This document shows positions 24,695-38,580 of a stretch of 64,000 nucleotides of DNA, piece after piece (the stretch's first letter is position 1; the number at the start of each line of letters is the position of its first letter). Location: contig CM022672.1 in the NCBI GenBank assembly GCA_012295275.1, positions 33,604,001 through 33,668,000 on the forward strand, in the 5' to 3' direction. The notes under the pieces were generated by a model. The model saw nothing but the letters and a program-made list of their open reading frames with translations. It had not been told where the DNA came from and did not search any database. This stretch comes from Chrysomallon squamiferum. Lineage: Eukaryota > Animalia > Mollusca. Position numbers and translations under genes: made by a program.

Positions 24695-25174
24695 TACACA
24701 CACACACAGGCATACATACATACACACAGACACACACACACACATAAAGACGCACGCACACACGCATATGGCTGATTATGCCTGATCAAATTTTTAGGTG
24801 TTAACGCTACTAAAAGATTTACTGTCACTTAATACTCATCCTTAGATTATTACCTCTACGTACGCAGTAACACAGAGCTAACCATCTGTTGACGATTTCT
24901 CTTGAAACGTCAAAATCATGTAACCAATCCAGAACTGATAGGGAGAAGATACAGCACATTCTCCCCAACTGCATTACGTTAATCTTTAATTTGTTACATT
25001 AATCGTTATCAGGTATCAAAATAATACGAGCAATGACAATATTTAATTCAGGGATATTAATGAATTCGATATACGTATCTTGTGCTAGCTTGTCCACACA
25101 TGTAGACATTTTTTTCCCGAACTATAATAATAATAATAATAATAATAATAATTTATATACATACCCCCGTACAT

Positions 25175-25274
<100 letters not shown>

Positions 25275-25634
25275 CTGTAAAAATAAACATTCACAGTAAT
25301 GTCAGAAAAAAAAAAAAAAGTAGAAATAAATAGATACAGAGGAAACAAGAAATCGATGTCAAATTGTCTCTAATAGAAGACATTTATGGGTAATTTTTCA
25401 TGCAGCGTAATTTGGCCAAAAAAAAAAAAAAAAAAAAAAATAAAAAAATAATAATAATAATAATAACAATAATAATAGTAGTAATAATAAAACACGTTCT
25501 TCACCTTTTAAACTTGTTCCAGTATCACAAATCACAATTGCTTATAAATCAATACAGAATTATTCTAAACGCTTTTATCTGACACTGATACACTACAAAA
25601 TTACTACTATTCCTACTACTGCTGTTGCTGCTGT

Positions 25635-25680
<46 letters not shown>

Positions 25681-25981
25681 GTTACTAATGCTACTACTAC
25701 TAAAACTACTACTACTAAAACTACTACTACTTTAACTATTAGTTCTCCCATCCTATTACAACTACAACAATAAAACTACTACTGCTGCAACTACTACTAC
25801 TACAATCTCTCCTAGCACTGCTGCTCTTTACAAGAACAATGATAATGACAATAATAACTAAGATATACACACACACATCCACTCACAAACACACACAAAA
25901 CACATATTAAACACATTCTTCCTTCAGTGTTCTTATTATTACACTTATTCTAAATTTTATACATACCTACCCCACACACAG

Positions 25982-26034
<53 letters not shown>

Positions 26035-26901
26035 CATATACACACACACACCTGGTTTTAGTCATCTTGTTTCTTCTTATTAACTTTTTATTATATGTAT
26101 ATATATACATATATGCTTGAGCGTGTGTTCATGCACATCGATTTTTATCTCAATTCATCATTTTGTGATTTTCTTTTGTTACATTTATTATCTTTTGTAC
26201 TTATATCCTCCAATACAGATATCTTATTTTTCTTGTGTCTTCTTATTCTGCAGTGTCGTTATTTCCGCTTATTATATTTATCTAAACTGTCATATGTTAT
26301 AATCTCAGAAAGACAAACACACACAGAGAAACACACACACACACACACACAGACACACACACATAGATACACGTCATACATTCAGAATGCTACACACATA
26401 AAAAAAAAAAAAAAAATAACAACTTTTTAAGATGTTGCAAATCTCTAAGTTTAACTATACATATACAAAGAAAGAAAAAAAACAACAACAGACCTACACA
26501 AACAAACACGTATGTGTAATTAATAAACAAAAATATATTTTTTTGAAAGTCTGATTCTTAAATTAAAATCAGACTGAGCGTGCTCTGGCACTAACTCTGA
26601 CATTCAAAGTAATTATCAGAAACTGGACTCTTTTTGTCTGGAGTCGTAATGAAAACGAATCGCGTGGCTCCAACATTTTGCAAGATAAAGAAATAGAAGA
26701 AAACGGATCGTGAAATATTAGTATATCGTTACAGGAGACGAAATTGAAATCGCAGTATGAACACCGATATTTTTTCTTTTTTTAAAGCTGGAAACCATGG
26801 AAAGTCGGTCTGCTTTTGTGCTAAGCGGTAAATAATTGAAGAAGTGAAATAGCTAATTTTTTTTATTAAATTTTATTAAACTGCTTATAGAAGCTAACGA
26901 G

Positions 26902-26988
<87 letters not shown>

Positions 26989-27159
26989 TAAGTCATAACA
27001 AATGGAAGGAAATTATTTTTATGACGTTTGTTATGTCAGACATGAAACAGATAGCATAGAGTTCGTCTCCATATCGTTAAGCCTATGCAGTGCTGTTATT
27101 TGATTTATATTATTCATCTTACGTGATATAACGTATTATTAGTTTGCTTTAAATCTTTC

Positions 27160-27197
<38 letters not shown>

Positions 27198-27345
27198 GTG
27201 TGTGTGTGTATATATTAATAATATTAATATTTGGTGATGGGTTTTTTTTAAATTCCTTTTTAGTTTCTTTTGTTTCTTTTTTTTTTCTATCTCCTGCGTT
27301 TGAACAGAAATATAAAAAATAAAAATTCATACACACGAACATTAT

Positions 27346-27469
<124 letters not shown>

Positions 27470-27512
27470 CTATATCGTCCGCTATTGGATTAGTCTATAA
27501 AAACAGGTGTGC

Positions 27513-27544
<32 letters not shown>

Positions 27545-27599
27545 ATACACACACACACTTAGGGTACAAACAGGAAAACGTCACGCGTTTTTCAACTGA

Positions 27600-28130
27600 A
27601 GAATTCATGCGCACGACTGTTTTCATCTCGAAATCTATTTTAAGTGATTCCGTGAAAACCGCCGCAGTCAGCTTTTGTTTGCTTTATCCGAATCCGTTTC
27701 GCAATTAATCCCTGCTTCTATAATTTGTGTTCCCCTAACGTCGTTACGCTCACGACTTCGAAACAGATGCAAGATAAAACACGAAAACGTATTCTCCAAG
27801 CAAAGTCCTAACGGCCTATCGCGTCGCCGAGAACGAGAAAAGTTTCCGACAAACGAGCAAACACGCAAAGAAAAACTGAGATTTCCTCGAGCAGATATAA
27901 CTCAGATGAAATTAAGTGCTGTGCGTGAGACAGACAATAGTTACGACGGTGTAGCTTTGTTCATTTGACGTTACGACGTCGACGATGATTGGTCCTTCAT
28001 CGGCAATTTCCGGAGACACTCGGCAGCAACGTTACGCGACTGCACGAACGTTGGGCAAATAATTCATTCCCACAATTCCATAACCGGAAATTTATACTTG
28101 TACCGCTATCGGCCGACGCTGTTAGTTGAG
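27600..28130. promoter_or_regulatory. CpG-rich, promoter-like island
   Basis: High CpG density against an AT-rich background. TGACGTTA 27966, ATTGG 27988, TTCCCACAATTCC 28067, ACCGGAAAT 28083. Confidence 0.35.
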
Positions 28131-28132
28131 AA

Positions 28133-28173
<41 letters not shown>

Positions 28174-28343
28174 CTATTTTCCGATATTTCTAAAATTACT
28201 TTTAACGTGAACGCTAAGTGTGTTTGCATTTTGTGGGATACAAAAAAAAAAAAAAAAAAAAGAATTTAAAAAAAAAAAAAAAAATCCATGAAAAAAACAA
28301 ACGAAGAAGAGATAAGAATAGAAGTGCAACTGCAAAAACAGCA

Positions 28344-28445
28344 AAAAATGGCTAACAGTATTTCATTTAATAAAAATGGCTAGCAGTATTTACATGTATA
28401 AAAAATGGCTAGCAGTATTTACACTTATTTAAAATGACTAACATT
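28344..28445. repeat. About 27-bp degenerate tandem repeat (AAAAATGGCTAGCAGTATTTACA...), 3-4 copies
   Basis: Directly visible. Confidence 0.7.
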
Positions 28446-28929
28446 ATATGCACTTAGCGCTAATATGTGTTTATATTTATTAAAATTGTCTAACATGTTA
28501 GCTCTTTATTTTTATAACATTTTTTTTATTCTATCACAATCTGTTTTCCTTTGCTGATGTTGCAAGCGATGTTTGGTATTTATAATCAGCTCGCCATTTT
28601 GAATACAGTCAAGTTATTCAAAGTAACAGTCAAGTTGTCTTATAACAGTGTGTTCAAAGTATCAGCTAGGGACAAGTGAGAATGAATTACACAGAGGGTG
28701 ATATGATATTAAAGTAATTGAATATATCGCCTATTTGTAAGTGTAAGTGTTTTCCATTGTTAGGAATCGGATGTCGACTCACTAAATACTAGGGTGCGGC
28801 CTTTATTGAGATGTATCAGTCAAAATTTGTTTAGAACTGGAATAGCGGAAAAAAGCGTGAAAACAATGTGTTGATTTCGTTGCTGGTTATCCTACAGTGT
28901 GTGTGTGTGTTCGTGTGTGTGTCTGTGTT

Positions 28930-29062
<133 letters not shown>

Positions 29063-29197
29063 CTATGTCGTCCATCATTCAAATTATCCTATAAAATAAA
29101 AGCATGAATGTCATAAAGTTAAATAAGATATCTTGTATATTATTTTTCTTCTACTTAGGGTTCATATGCTAGATACAGGAAGGAAAATATCTGTATT

Positions 29198-29269
<72 letters not shown>

Positions 29270-29324
29270 CACAAACACACAAATAGAAATATTAAAACAG
29301 ACATACAGAACCATATTATACAAA

Positions 29325-29367
<43 letters not shown>

Positions 29368-29763
29368 TTATCATATTTCTATTAATTCACTTTCACCTAT
29401 TGCGTTTATGAAAAACGAAGTAAACACATTTTGCCAGTACACGGTGAAACCAAAAAAACAAAAAAACCTGAGAAAACAAACCAGAAAACAACAGCGATAT
29501 TTTAACATGCATGTAGACGTATTGTGCATTAGAACAAAGGCGGTTTAGACTTTCTTCAGGAAAACAAGCTAAGATTTCCTCAGATTAACCAACTTTCCAT
29601 CTTGTGATGTTGTCTCTGTGTAAGAGGAAAACAAACACAGATCAAGTTTCTGCTTCCAGCAAATCTTTCCGTCGCTGATCTTTTCTTGTTGAATCTCACA
29701 TTGTGTTCTATCACAGTGTATATAATAACTGCAGTGCTGAATGCAGTATTACAGGCTCCAACT

Positions 29764-29806
29764 ATTATTCCTATTATTATTATTATCATCATCATCATCG
29801 TCATCA

Positions 29807-29883
<77 letters not shown>

Positions 29884-30167
29884 GTTATTGTTATTATTAT
29901 TATTATTACTAATACTACTAATACTCTTACTATTATTATTATTATTATTATATTATTATCAAATTTGCCATTGTTATTATTATTATTGTCCTTGTTAGCG
30001 TTGTTGTTATCTTGTCGTAGACGTTTGAGATGTCGTTGTATTATCATCCTGCTCATTGTTGTTCTTTTATTACTACTACTACTACTATTACTACTACTAC
30101 TACTACTACTACTGCTACTACTACTACTACTGCTACGACACGACTACTACTACTACTGCTACTACTT

Positions 30168-30243
<76 letters not shown>

Positions 30244-30266
30244 GACTACTACTACTACTACTACTC
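29764..30266. repeat. Compound (ATT)n/(ATC)n/(ACT)n repeat field
   Basis: Directly visible; source of many homopolymeric ORFs. Confidence 0.9.
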
Positions 30267-30931
30267 ACTGAAGGCTTAATCATACGCCTGCAGTTTTTTT
30301 TAACCTACTGTTTCTATTATCGTCATCATCTTTAACATCATAATTATCACCATCTTTATCATTATTAAACAGACATGTTAGGGAAATTGAAGAGTCACCC
30401 GCCTCTTTGGTTTTACCCAGATGAATATCAAACAAAACAGAACAATAACTTGATATCTTGATGCTTCTAAATGTTTGTTTTCAGTTCCAGTCGCGAACTG
30501 AAAATACGTTTTCGATCTTCGCGGAGAGAAGTCAAGTGATTTGAATATTTTGCCCCCAAAAAATTGGTGGACAGAAAATATCAATCGGGGGAGGGAACAT
30601 TAATGATCTGAGAAATATAACAGTTTATCATATTCAAGACACAAATAGGCTTATTTAACAAAATCGTTTTTATGTGTTTCAGGTTATGTTACTTATTGTT
30701 GTTGTTATCTAGTATATGTTGTAGTATGTCGCATTGCACTCTGTAATACATTACATTACATTACGATACGTTACATAGCACTGCATTACATTGCATTACA
30801 TTTAATTACTGTACGTTTACATTATGTTACGTCATGATATATTACATTGCTTACGTTATATAATTGCTGTACTATGTTCTTGTTGTTTTTTTATACATTT
30901 TATATATTTTATGTATGTATATATATGCGTA

Positions 30932-31262
30932 TGTGAGTGTATGTATGTATTCATTGAATTGTGCTGTTCTGCACGTAACTTAAAGATTATGTTTAGTAAA
31001 CTGAATATATCAACTTATTTTCCCTTCCCTTCTTTCAGACACACACACACACACATATATATATGTAGTTGTATGTGTGTGTTCTGTATACGTGTGTGTG
31101 TGTGTGTGTATGTGTGAAGGAAGGGAAAATAAGTTGATATATTCAATTTGTGTGTGTGTGTGTGTGTGTGAGTGTATGTATGTATTCATTGAATTGTGCT
31201 GTTCTGCACGTAACTTAAAGATTATGTTTAGTAAACTGAATATATCAACTTATTTTCCCTTC

Positions 31263-31315
<53 letters not shown>

Positions 31316-31345
31316 CACACACATACAACTACATATATATATATA
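30932..31345. repeat. Direct duplication (30932-31037 and 31167-31272) with an inverted copy between them (about 31055-31145)
   Basis: Identical 100-bp direct copies; the middle segment is the reverse complement of about 31237-31345. Confidence 0.85.
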
Positions 31346-31571
31346 TATTATCGGCTTATTTGTAGTCAGTATTGATGTTTACTATATTTTACTATATAGA
31401 ATTTTTTAAAATAGCATTTTTTATTTTATTTTATTTTATTTTTTATTTTTTTATTTCTCTATTTTCTAATGTAACATAACCTGTCTTTAATTACATATTT
31501 TTAACTGCTTGTTATTGTCTTCGTTAATTCCTTTATGATTTTTCATATTTCTATTTTATTTGGTTTATTTT

Positions 31572-31605
<34 letters not shown>

Positions 31606-32347
31606 CTTTTTGTTATTTTCTTCATTAATAAATATGCATTTTAAGATTTATTAACGAATATGTTATACGCTTTAACTGCATATGTAAGTATGATTATATA
31701 AACTTCTGAAGAAAAAAAAATCTGATTAGCACGTTAATGTTTGTTCACTCACTTGTAAGGCAGACATGTTGACAACATTTCCTGCGTGGTATCATGTTGT
31801 CTATCTTACACTAGAAATCAGTAAATCTGTTACATTACACCAGTCATTAAGGTCAATAAAATGGACAATAAACGTTGTATTTTACGCACGTAGAAAAGTA
31901 TCAAATCGGGAACAAGTGAGAAGGAATTATGTTCATGCAAATTCATAAAACAGTCATCAAAATGATACGATAAAAAAAAAAAATCTAAACTGAATATAGT
32001 CTGCTATTTGTGTAGGTGTTTTTCTTCACTGGATGCAGATGTTTAAAGAAAATACCAGATTTATTCTTACAAAAATATAACAACAGCCGCAATATTAACT
32101 AAGAGAGCATCCTGCAAAAACATATAAAACATATTTGTTAGTTGTAAATACGAAGGTATTGTAAATGAATAAAAATGTAAGAGATGGTTGACAAAAAAAA
32201 AAAAAAAAAAAAGATTTCCGCTTAGAAGTCTTGAACAATAATCATTTTAAGGTAAGCATTGAAACAAAGCGAAATATATCACGACTAAGGTAGCGTGTAA
32301 ATTACTGTCGTATTGCTGTATTGCTGAGAATATTATACACCCTACAC

Positions 32348-32643
32348 TTCTGGTTTTCAACCAATTTTTCATACCGCGATCCCTTATGAGCAACTCAGTA
32401 AGACCGACGACCCCTATTTTAAATCTTTGATTCAATAATATCTATATTTTTTCATCAACCAAAGACAGTACAGAAGGAATCTGTATTCACTGTGACGGGT
32501 CCCAAACCTAGCCACACGTTTTTGTTTATTTCTCCTTCCAAGTCAAGTTGAAAAAAAGTTAAAACATACCCTCGCTCAAGAACGATCTCGCGACCCCCTC
32601 CCCCAGAAAAAAGGGCTGGGGACCGCCAGGTTTAAAACCTGTG
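32348..32643. mobile_element. Possible decayed hAT/Charlie-like MITE
   Basis: Ends resemble TGGTTTTCAACC and GGTTTAAAACCTGTG. Flanks CCCTACAC and CTCTATAC resemble an NTCTAGAN-type 8-bp target. Internal CGCGATCCC and CGCGACCCC. Confidence 0.4.
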
Positions 32644-33918
32644 CTCTATACACGATTAGCAGCTTTAAAAAAAAAAAGGAAAGAAGAAGAAGACAGCAAT
32701 ATGGTGCATCAACGTTATAATTTATCAAATAAGCTTACGGATAGTGACAGCTGGTGACCGGCGTGTTTGTCTGTCATATTTGCAGTTACTTACTGCGTCA
32801 AAGAGAAGACTTCGATTAAAAACAAAAAGAATTCGCGAAGAAGGGCAATTAATTAAATATCGTTGTGTGTGTGAAAATTGAAGTCACGTCTCGGGGCTAA
32901 TTTGTTGCTAACTCGTGTAGTTTGCAGAACTGTAGAAATGCACTTTAGTGATTACCGCACAAAAGTAGTTCTGTTGTCCTTCGTCTGTTTCCGACAGGCA
33001 CGCATAGACGAACACACGCACGCATCTACGCATGTACACCAGCTTATGTGTAAAAAACAACAACTTGTTTTCAATAGCTGTAATAGAAAGCGTAGTAATT
33101 GTTGTAAAATCAATAGTAATGATAACAGAACGAATAACACTATCAGCAGTAATAGTATTAATACTGGTAGTAATAGTAATAAAGTAATAGTAGTAGTTAT
33201 AGTAATAAAGCAATAGTAGTAGTAATACTAATAAAGCAATAGTAGTAGTAATACCAGTTAAAAAAAGGTAGTAGTAGTATTTGTAACATTAGTATTATTA
33301 AAAGTAACAAAGCAGTGTTATCAGTTGCAACAAGGTAGTCGTTGTGGTAAGTGTAGTAGTAGTGGTATTCTTCGTACTGGTATGTATGGTATTGTTGTTA
33401 TAGAGCTGTGGAATCAGTTCCCGCTGACGTCGTTTTTCTCATTATCGGCTTACTTCCTAGCTACACTCGCCAGAAATACCTCAAAATCAAATAATAAAAA
33501 TGTAAGTCGACTAATAATAGAATATATATATATATTATAATTTGATTTTGTCATTTTAAACTATGATTACTTGCCTGCGACTTATTTTTGGAAAGGCCAG
33601 CCTATTTTAATTTAGAAAAAGATTTATCTCGATAGATAGATAGATAGATAAATAGATAGACAGATAGATTAGATAGATAGATACATACATACATACCTAC
33701 ATACATACATACATACATACAATCTTCGAGGGATCGTTAATTTCTGTTTAACTGATTCCAAACAAATAATTATGTTATTTACTTTTTAATATTTTACAAC
33801 AAAAATGATACCGAACCACAAGAAGAAAAAAGAATGGATAATGATATATATACTGTGGTCGTTTACCCATTTATTTGTCACATATCCATATGCATCTATT
33901 TAACTGTGTTTGTATTAG

Positions 33919-34024
<106 letters not shown>

Positions 34025-34482
34025 GTTATATATATATATATATATATATTTGTCAATAAAAAATAAATTAAAAGCAAATCAAAAAATAATAAATAAATCA
34101 AATCAACTCAAATAAGAAAAAACATTAGTGAAGAGAGAGCGAAGCAAGCAAACGTCACGTTTTTTTCTAATTGGTATTTAAAAACTACTGAAGAAACTGT
34201 ATCGTATAAGGTCAGCATGCATTATAAAACAGGCGTCGAATGTGGAGTGATGCCATTGCTTTACCGTTAGAGACCGCGAGTCTTCGTGTGTGACGAAAAA
34301 GTATTAAAAACAGAATGGATTTCTTCCCTGGAGGCTGCGCTTCTACTTGGCATTTGCTCGTATGTGAAATTAATTTGATAAGATTTGTTTGCTTATTTTT
34401 GTTTTAACTCCGTTTTGATATAGCTGTATCGTGGCTTATTCTGGCAAGAAATTTGCTGTCTGCGGGTCTTGAATTTTTTGTT

Positions 34483-34567
<85 letters not shown>

Positions 34568-34740
34568 GACACGCTAATTCTATGACACACACACACACAC
34601 ACACATAACGCTAATAAAAGAAAACATATGGCTATATTTTCTTATCATTTCTAACTTCAGTAATATAAACATACATACATACATACATACATACATACAT
34701 ACATACATACATACATACATACATACTTGCATACATACAT

Positions 34741-35082
34741 ACGTGTAATTAATTATACTTGTAGTGGTGATGATGTTATATAAATATAATAATAATCTGA
34801 CGTGTAATTAATTATGCTTATAGTGGTAATGTTATACAAATATTATAATAATCTGACGTGGAATTAATTATACTTTTGTGGTGATGTTATATAAATATTA
34901 TAATACTATGAGTGTAATTAATTATGCTTATAGTGGTAATGTTATATAAATATTATAATAATCTGACGTGGAATTAATTATACTTTTGTGGTGATGTTAT
35001 ATAAATATTATAATACCCTGAAGTGTAATTAATTGTTTATTTTAATTCCTGTAGTGGTGATGGTATATAAATATTATAATAC
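34741..35082. repeat. About 56-bp minisatellite, 6 units
   Basis: Unit GTGTAATTAATTATGCTTATAGTGGTAATGTTATATAAATATTATAATAATCTGAC with alternating variants. Confidence 0.9.
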
Positions 35083-35539
35083 TTACCATCGTATAATCAT
35101 TCAGTATATTCTTGTAATCGTCATATTTTACAAACGTTAGACACTATATTTAATTATATGTTCATGAACTGGCTTATCTAGAGAAAATTTCGATACTACA
35201 GTCTGTATTGGCGTATGATATTTCAGTGCGTACTTCTATTGGTATTTCTGTATGTTATGTAGCAGGTGACAGAAACTGGATTAATAAACTTTAATACGTA
35301 ACTTGGGGCTAATTGACGAAATAACTCAACCTGCATTTTGCACGGCAGACGAAACCAACGCGGACGAAAGCTGCAAATTAACTGAAAATCGTTATTGAAT
35401 TTGTCCAAGAATGACCTGGGAGAAGTTTTTAATTTCATTTAGTTTAGATAAATTGAGATCTCGTAGATATCACAAAATGGCGGGGAGGGGGGGTATTACT
35501 TCACCGGAGTGGAAAATAACACCTCTTCAGCATGAATCA

Positions 35540-35570
<31 letters not shown>

Positions 35571-35588
35571 TTATTATTTCTATTGTTG

Positions 35589-35620
<32 letters not shown>

Positions 35621-35733
35621 GTTGTTCTTCTTCTTCTTCTTCTTATTATTATTATTACTATTATTGACATATTATTGTTCTTGTTCTTCGTGTTCTTATT
35701 ATTATCGTTATTATTATTATTATTATTATTATT

Positions 35734-35769
<36 letters not shown>

Positions 35770-35877
35770 ACTGTTATTACTGTTATTATTATTGTATTAT
35801 TATTGTTCTTCTTCTTCTTCTTCCTCTTCTTTGTCTTCTTCTTCTTATTATTATTCCTATTGCTACTGTTGTTGATA

Positions 35878-35953
<76 letters not shown>

Positions 35954-36573
35954 TATTAGTAGTATTATTACAATTCCTATTAACTCTGAAATTGGATCAG
36001 ACAAGGTAATGACTCGAATTAAACGAAGATAAGTTAATAAGAGACTTGAAGTGGAGTGAAATGAAAGCATATAATTATTTTAGACTCAGATATTGAGAGT
36101 TGCAGATCATTTATTACAATAGAATAAACAATTTAATAAAAATAACGAATGCACATGACCATAAATAATATTCATGCTATCAGTAGTAGTATTAATAGTT
36201 GTAGTAGTAGTAGTTGTAGTAGTAGTAGTTGTAGTTGTAGTAGTAGTAGCAGTAGTAGTTGTAGTAGTAGTACTAGTAGTAGTAGTAGCAGTAGTAGTAG
36301 TAGTTGTAGTAGTAGTAGTAGTACTAGTAGTAGTAGTAGTAATAAGAATGTCTATGATGGTGATTATAAATATTTTTTTATGAAAACAAACGAAATGATG
36401 AATGAATCCCAAAATTATGAAAAAGAAATGTAAAGTTATAAAATGAAAAATCAAGACAAAAACCCCCGCAAAACAATACTAAAAAAAAAAAAAAAAAAAA
36501 AAAAAACAACGAACAAGAAAAATAAAAAACAAGAAAAATAAAATTTTAAAACATATAAATAAAATTCATAAAA

Positions 36574-36616
<43 letters not shown>

Positions 36617-36721
36617 TAATAATAAGGATATCATGATGATGATAATGAAAGAAATGAAGAAAACATGATCATGTTTTTGATTAAAGAGACGATGGATGCC
36701 ACTGGGACACTTGTTTTGAAA

Positions 36722-36778
<57 letters not shown>

Positions 36779-36857
36779 ACATGTAGCACTTAGAAACTAT
36801 TCTGTTAGTTATAGAAATGATTTGTAGGTGAGCTTTTATAAAGATAGGGAGGCAATG

Positions 36858-36936
<79 letters not shown>

Positions 36937-37382
36937 CTTAGATTATACGGAGTGAAACAGAAAAAAAAGGTAGGAAAGGAAAATAATTATGTAAGTATGA
37001 TAATATCTGTACAAAATAACGACTAAAAGAATAAATAAGTATACGTCATTATTACAGCATTTGCATAACATCGTATAACACCAGTTCATTAATAGCTAAA
37101 CATACGTCGGTATATTAATGAATATAGGATACCTCGGTACGTATTATAACGTCCAAAACTGGTACCTCATTCATAACCACAACAAGAATATAGTGAAAAA
37201 AATAAACGTTTGTATAACAAATCCAGGGCTCTAACGACATAAAGTATTATGCAGTTTCAATTCATTTATTCATTCATTCGTTAATTTTTAATTTGATATA
37301 GGTAAATATTATTTTTATATCACTAGCCACTATAATCAGAAAGTATTAACTATCGCCACTATGTCGAATTTCTGTTATGTAT

Positions 37383-37453
<71 letters not shown>

Positions 37454-37482
37454 TAGATATATAGATAGATAGATAGATAGAT
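37383..37482. repeat. (GATA)n tetranucleotide repeat
   Basis: Directly visible. Confidence 0.9.
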
Positions 37483-37898
37483 ACTCAGATATCAGATAGT
37501 GTGTCCCATAAATGTTGACGTATAAGGCATATATTCGATATATAAATATATAAGCATTTTATCATATCACACCCACACACACACACATACGCACACACAC
37601 ACAGAAAAAGAGAGAGACCCACAAACACATACACACTTAACATTCTACTGTTTTATATTTTCACAAATAAGACAGATAGACAGACTGAGAAAGATATAAA
37701 TTAATTTTTTTTTTGCATACACACACACACACATACACATACATCAGTGACATCAAATCATATATACTAAATATCAAACAACGCTAATCTGCAGATCATT
37801 GTCGCAAACGCTAAAGAAATAAACCAGTTAGAAATAAAACCAGCGATTAATGAACATCACAACGAAATTACTTCCCCGTGAAACCCGTCATCAATAAT

Positions 37899-37978
37899 CA
37901 CCAGAGCCGGGAGTCGAACTGCCAACCCCCGCCTTGTGCCCCCGGGACAGACGCGAAGAACCACTCAGCAAACTCATT
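37899..37978 (-). mobile_element. tRNA-derived SINE-like head (Pol III A and B boxes)
   Basis: Minus strand reads TGCTGAGTGGTT (A box, 37961-37970) and, 40 nt later, AGTTCGACTCC (B box, 37910-37920). No intact cloverleaf. Confidence 0.55.
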
Positions 37979-38039
37979 CGCATTAATTAAAAAAAAGAAA
38001 AACAGTATTTGATTAAGAGCTTTATCGACTTCACTCAAG

Positions 38040-38345
38040 CGAGCCATATTGCTCCCGGCCTGCTGCAAATTACCTAGACTCGGTTCTACCGTGGGGGTTG
38101 CTGCAGAGCGACAAACAGTCGGCGTGGAAAGCTAATTTTCTGTCAGGCTGCAGAACGCTGAAGCCGTTGGCACGTCATCACTTAAAACTCGATAGCTTCT
38201 GCTCCCGCGTCCCTCTCTGCGCATGTGCGGGCAATACGTCTCCGACGACCTCTGGGGCTCGATGCGGTCTCGCCACTCCCAATGAATTGTGGGTCGTAGA
38301 CTCCGTAAGCAGAGTCGAACAAACACAGTGTGTAATCGATGGCAG
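38040..38345. promoter_or_regulatory. GC/CpG-rich promoter-like island
   Basis: CACGTCA 38171, NRF1-like TGCGCATGTGCG 38218, ZNF143-like TCTACGACCCACAATTCATTGGGA (minus, 38277-38300), minus-strand donor CTAG|GTAATT at 38074. Confidence 0.35.
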
Positions 38346-38352
38346 TTTACTT

Positions 38353-38482
38353 CAGTGACAGTTTGTAATAAAACCAGTGACAGTTTATACCAGTGACAGT
38401 TTGCAGAATACCAGTGACAGTTTGTAGAATACCAGTGACAGTTTGTAGAATACCAGTGACAGTTTATACAAAACCTCTGACA
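38353..38482. repeat. About 21-bp minisatellite CCAGTGACAGTTTGTAGAATA, 6 copies plus a degenerate one
   Basis: CAGTGACAGTTT at 38353, 38375, 38391, 38412, 38433 and 38454. Confidence 0.9.
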
Positions 38483-38580
38483 GCATGTATGTTAATGTCA
38501 CTGCGTATGAATGACCCTATAAAGTAAAAGAAAAATGTGTAGGCCCTGTATCAGTAGAAGTGTATACCGGTGATACTGAA

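Noticed and set aside
37899-37978. Functional tRNA gene
   Set aside because: A and B boxes are present but the acceptor and anticodon stems do not pair.
38040-38345. Telomerase, RNase P/MRP, SRP or 7SK RNA
   Set aside because: No CCCTAA-type template and no recognisable conserved boxes; an Rfam scan would be needed to exclude these fully.
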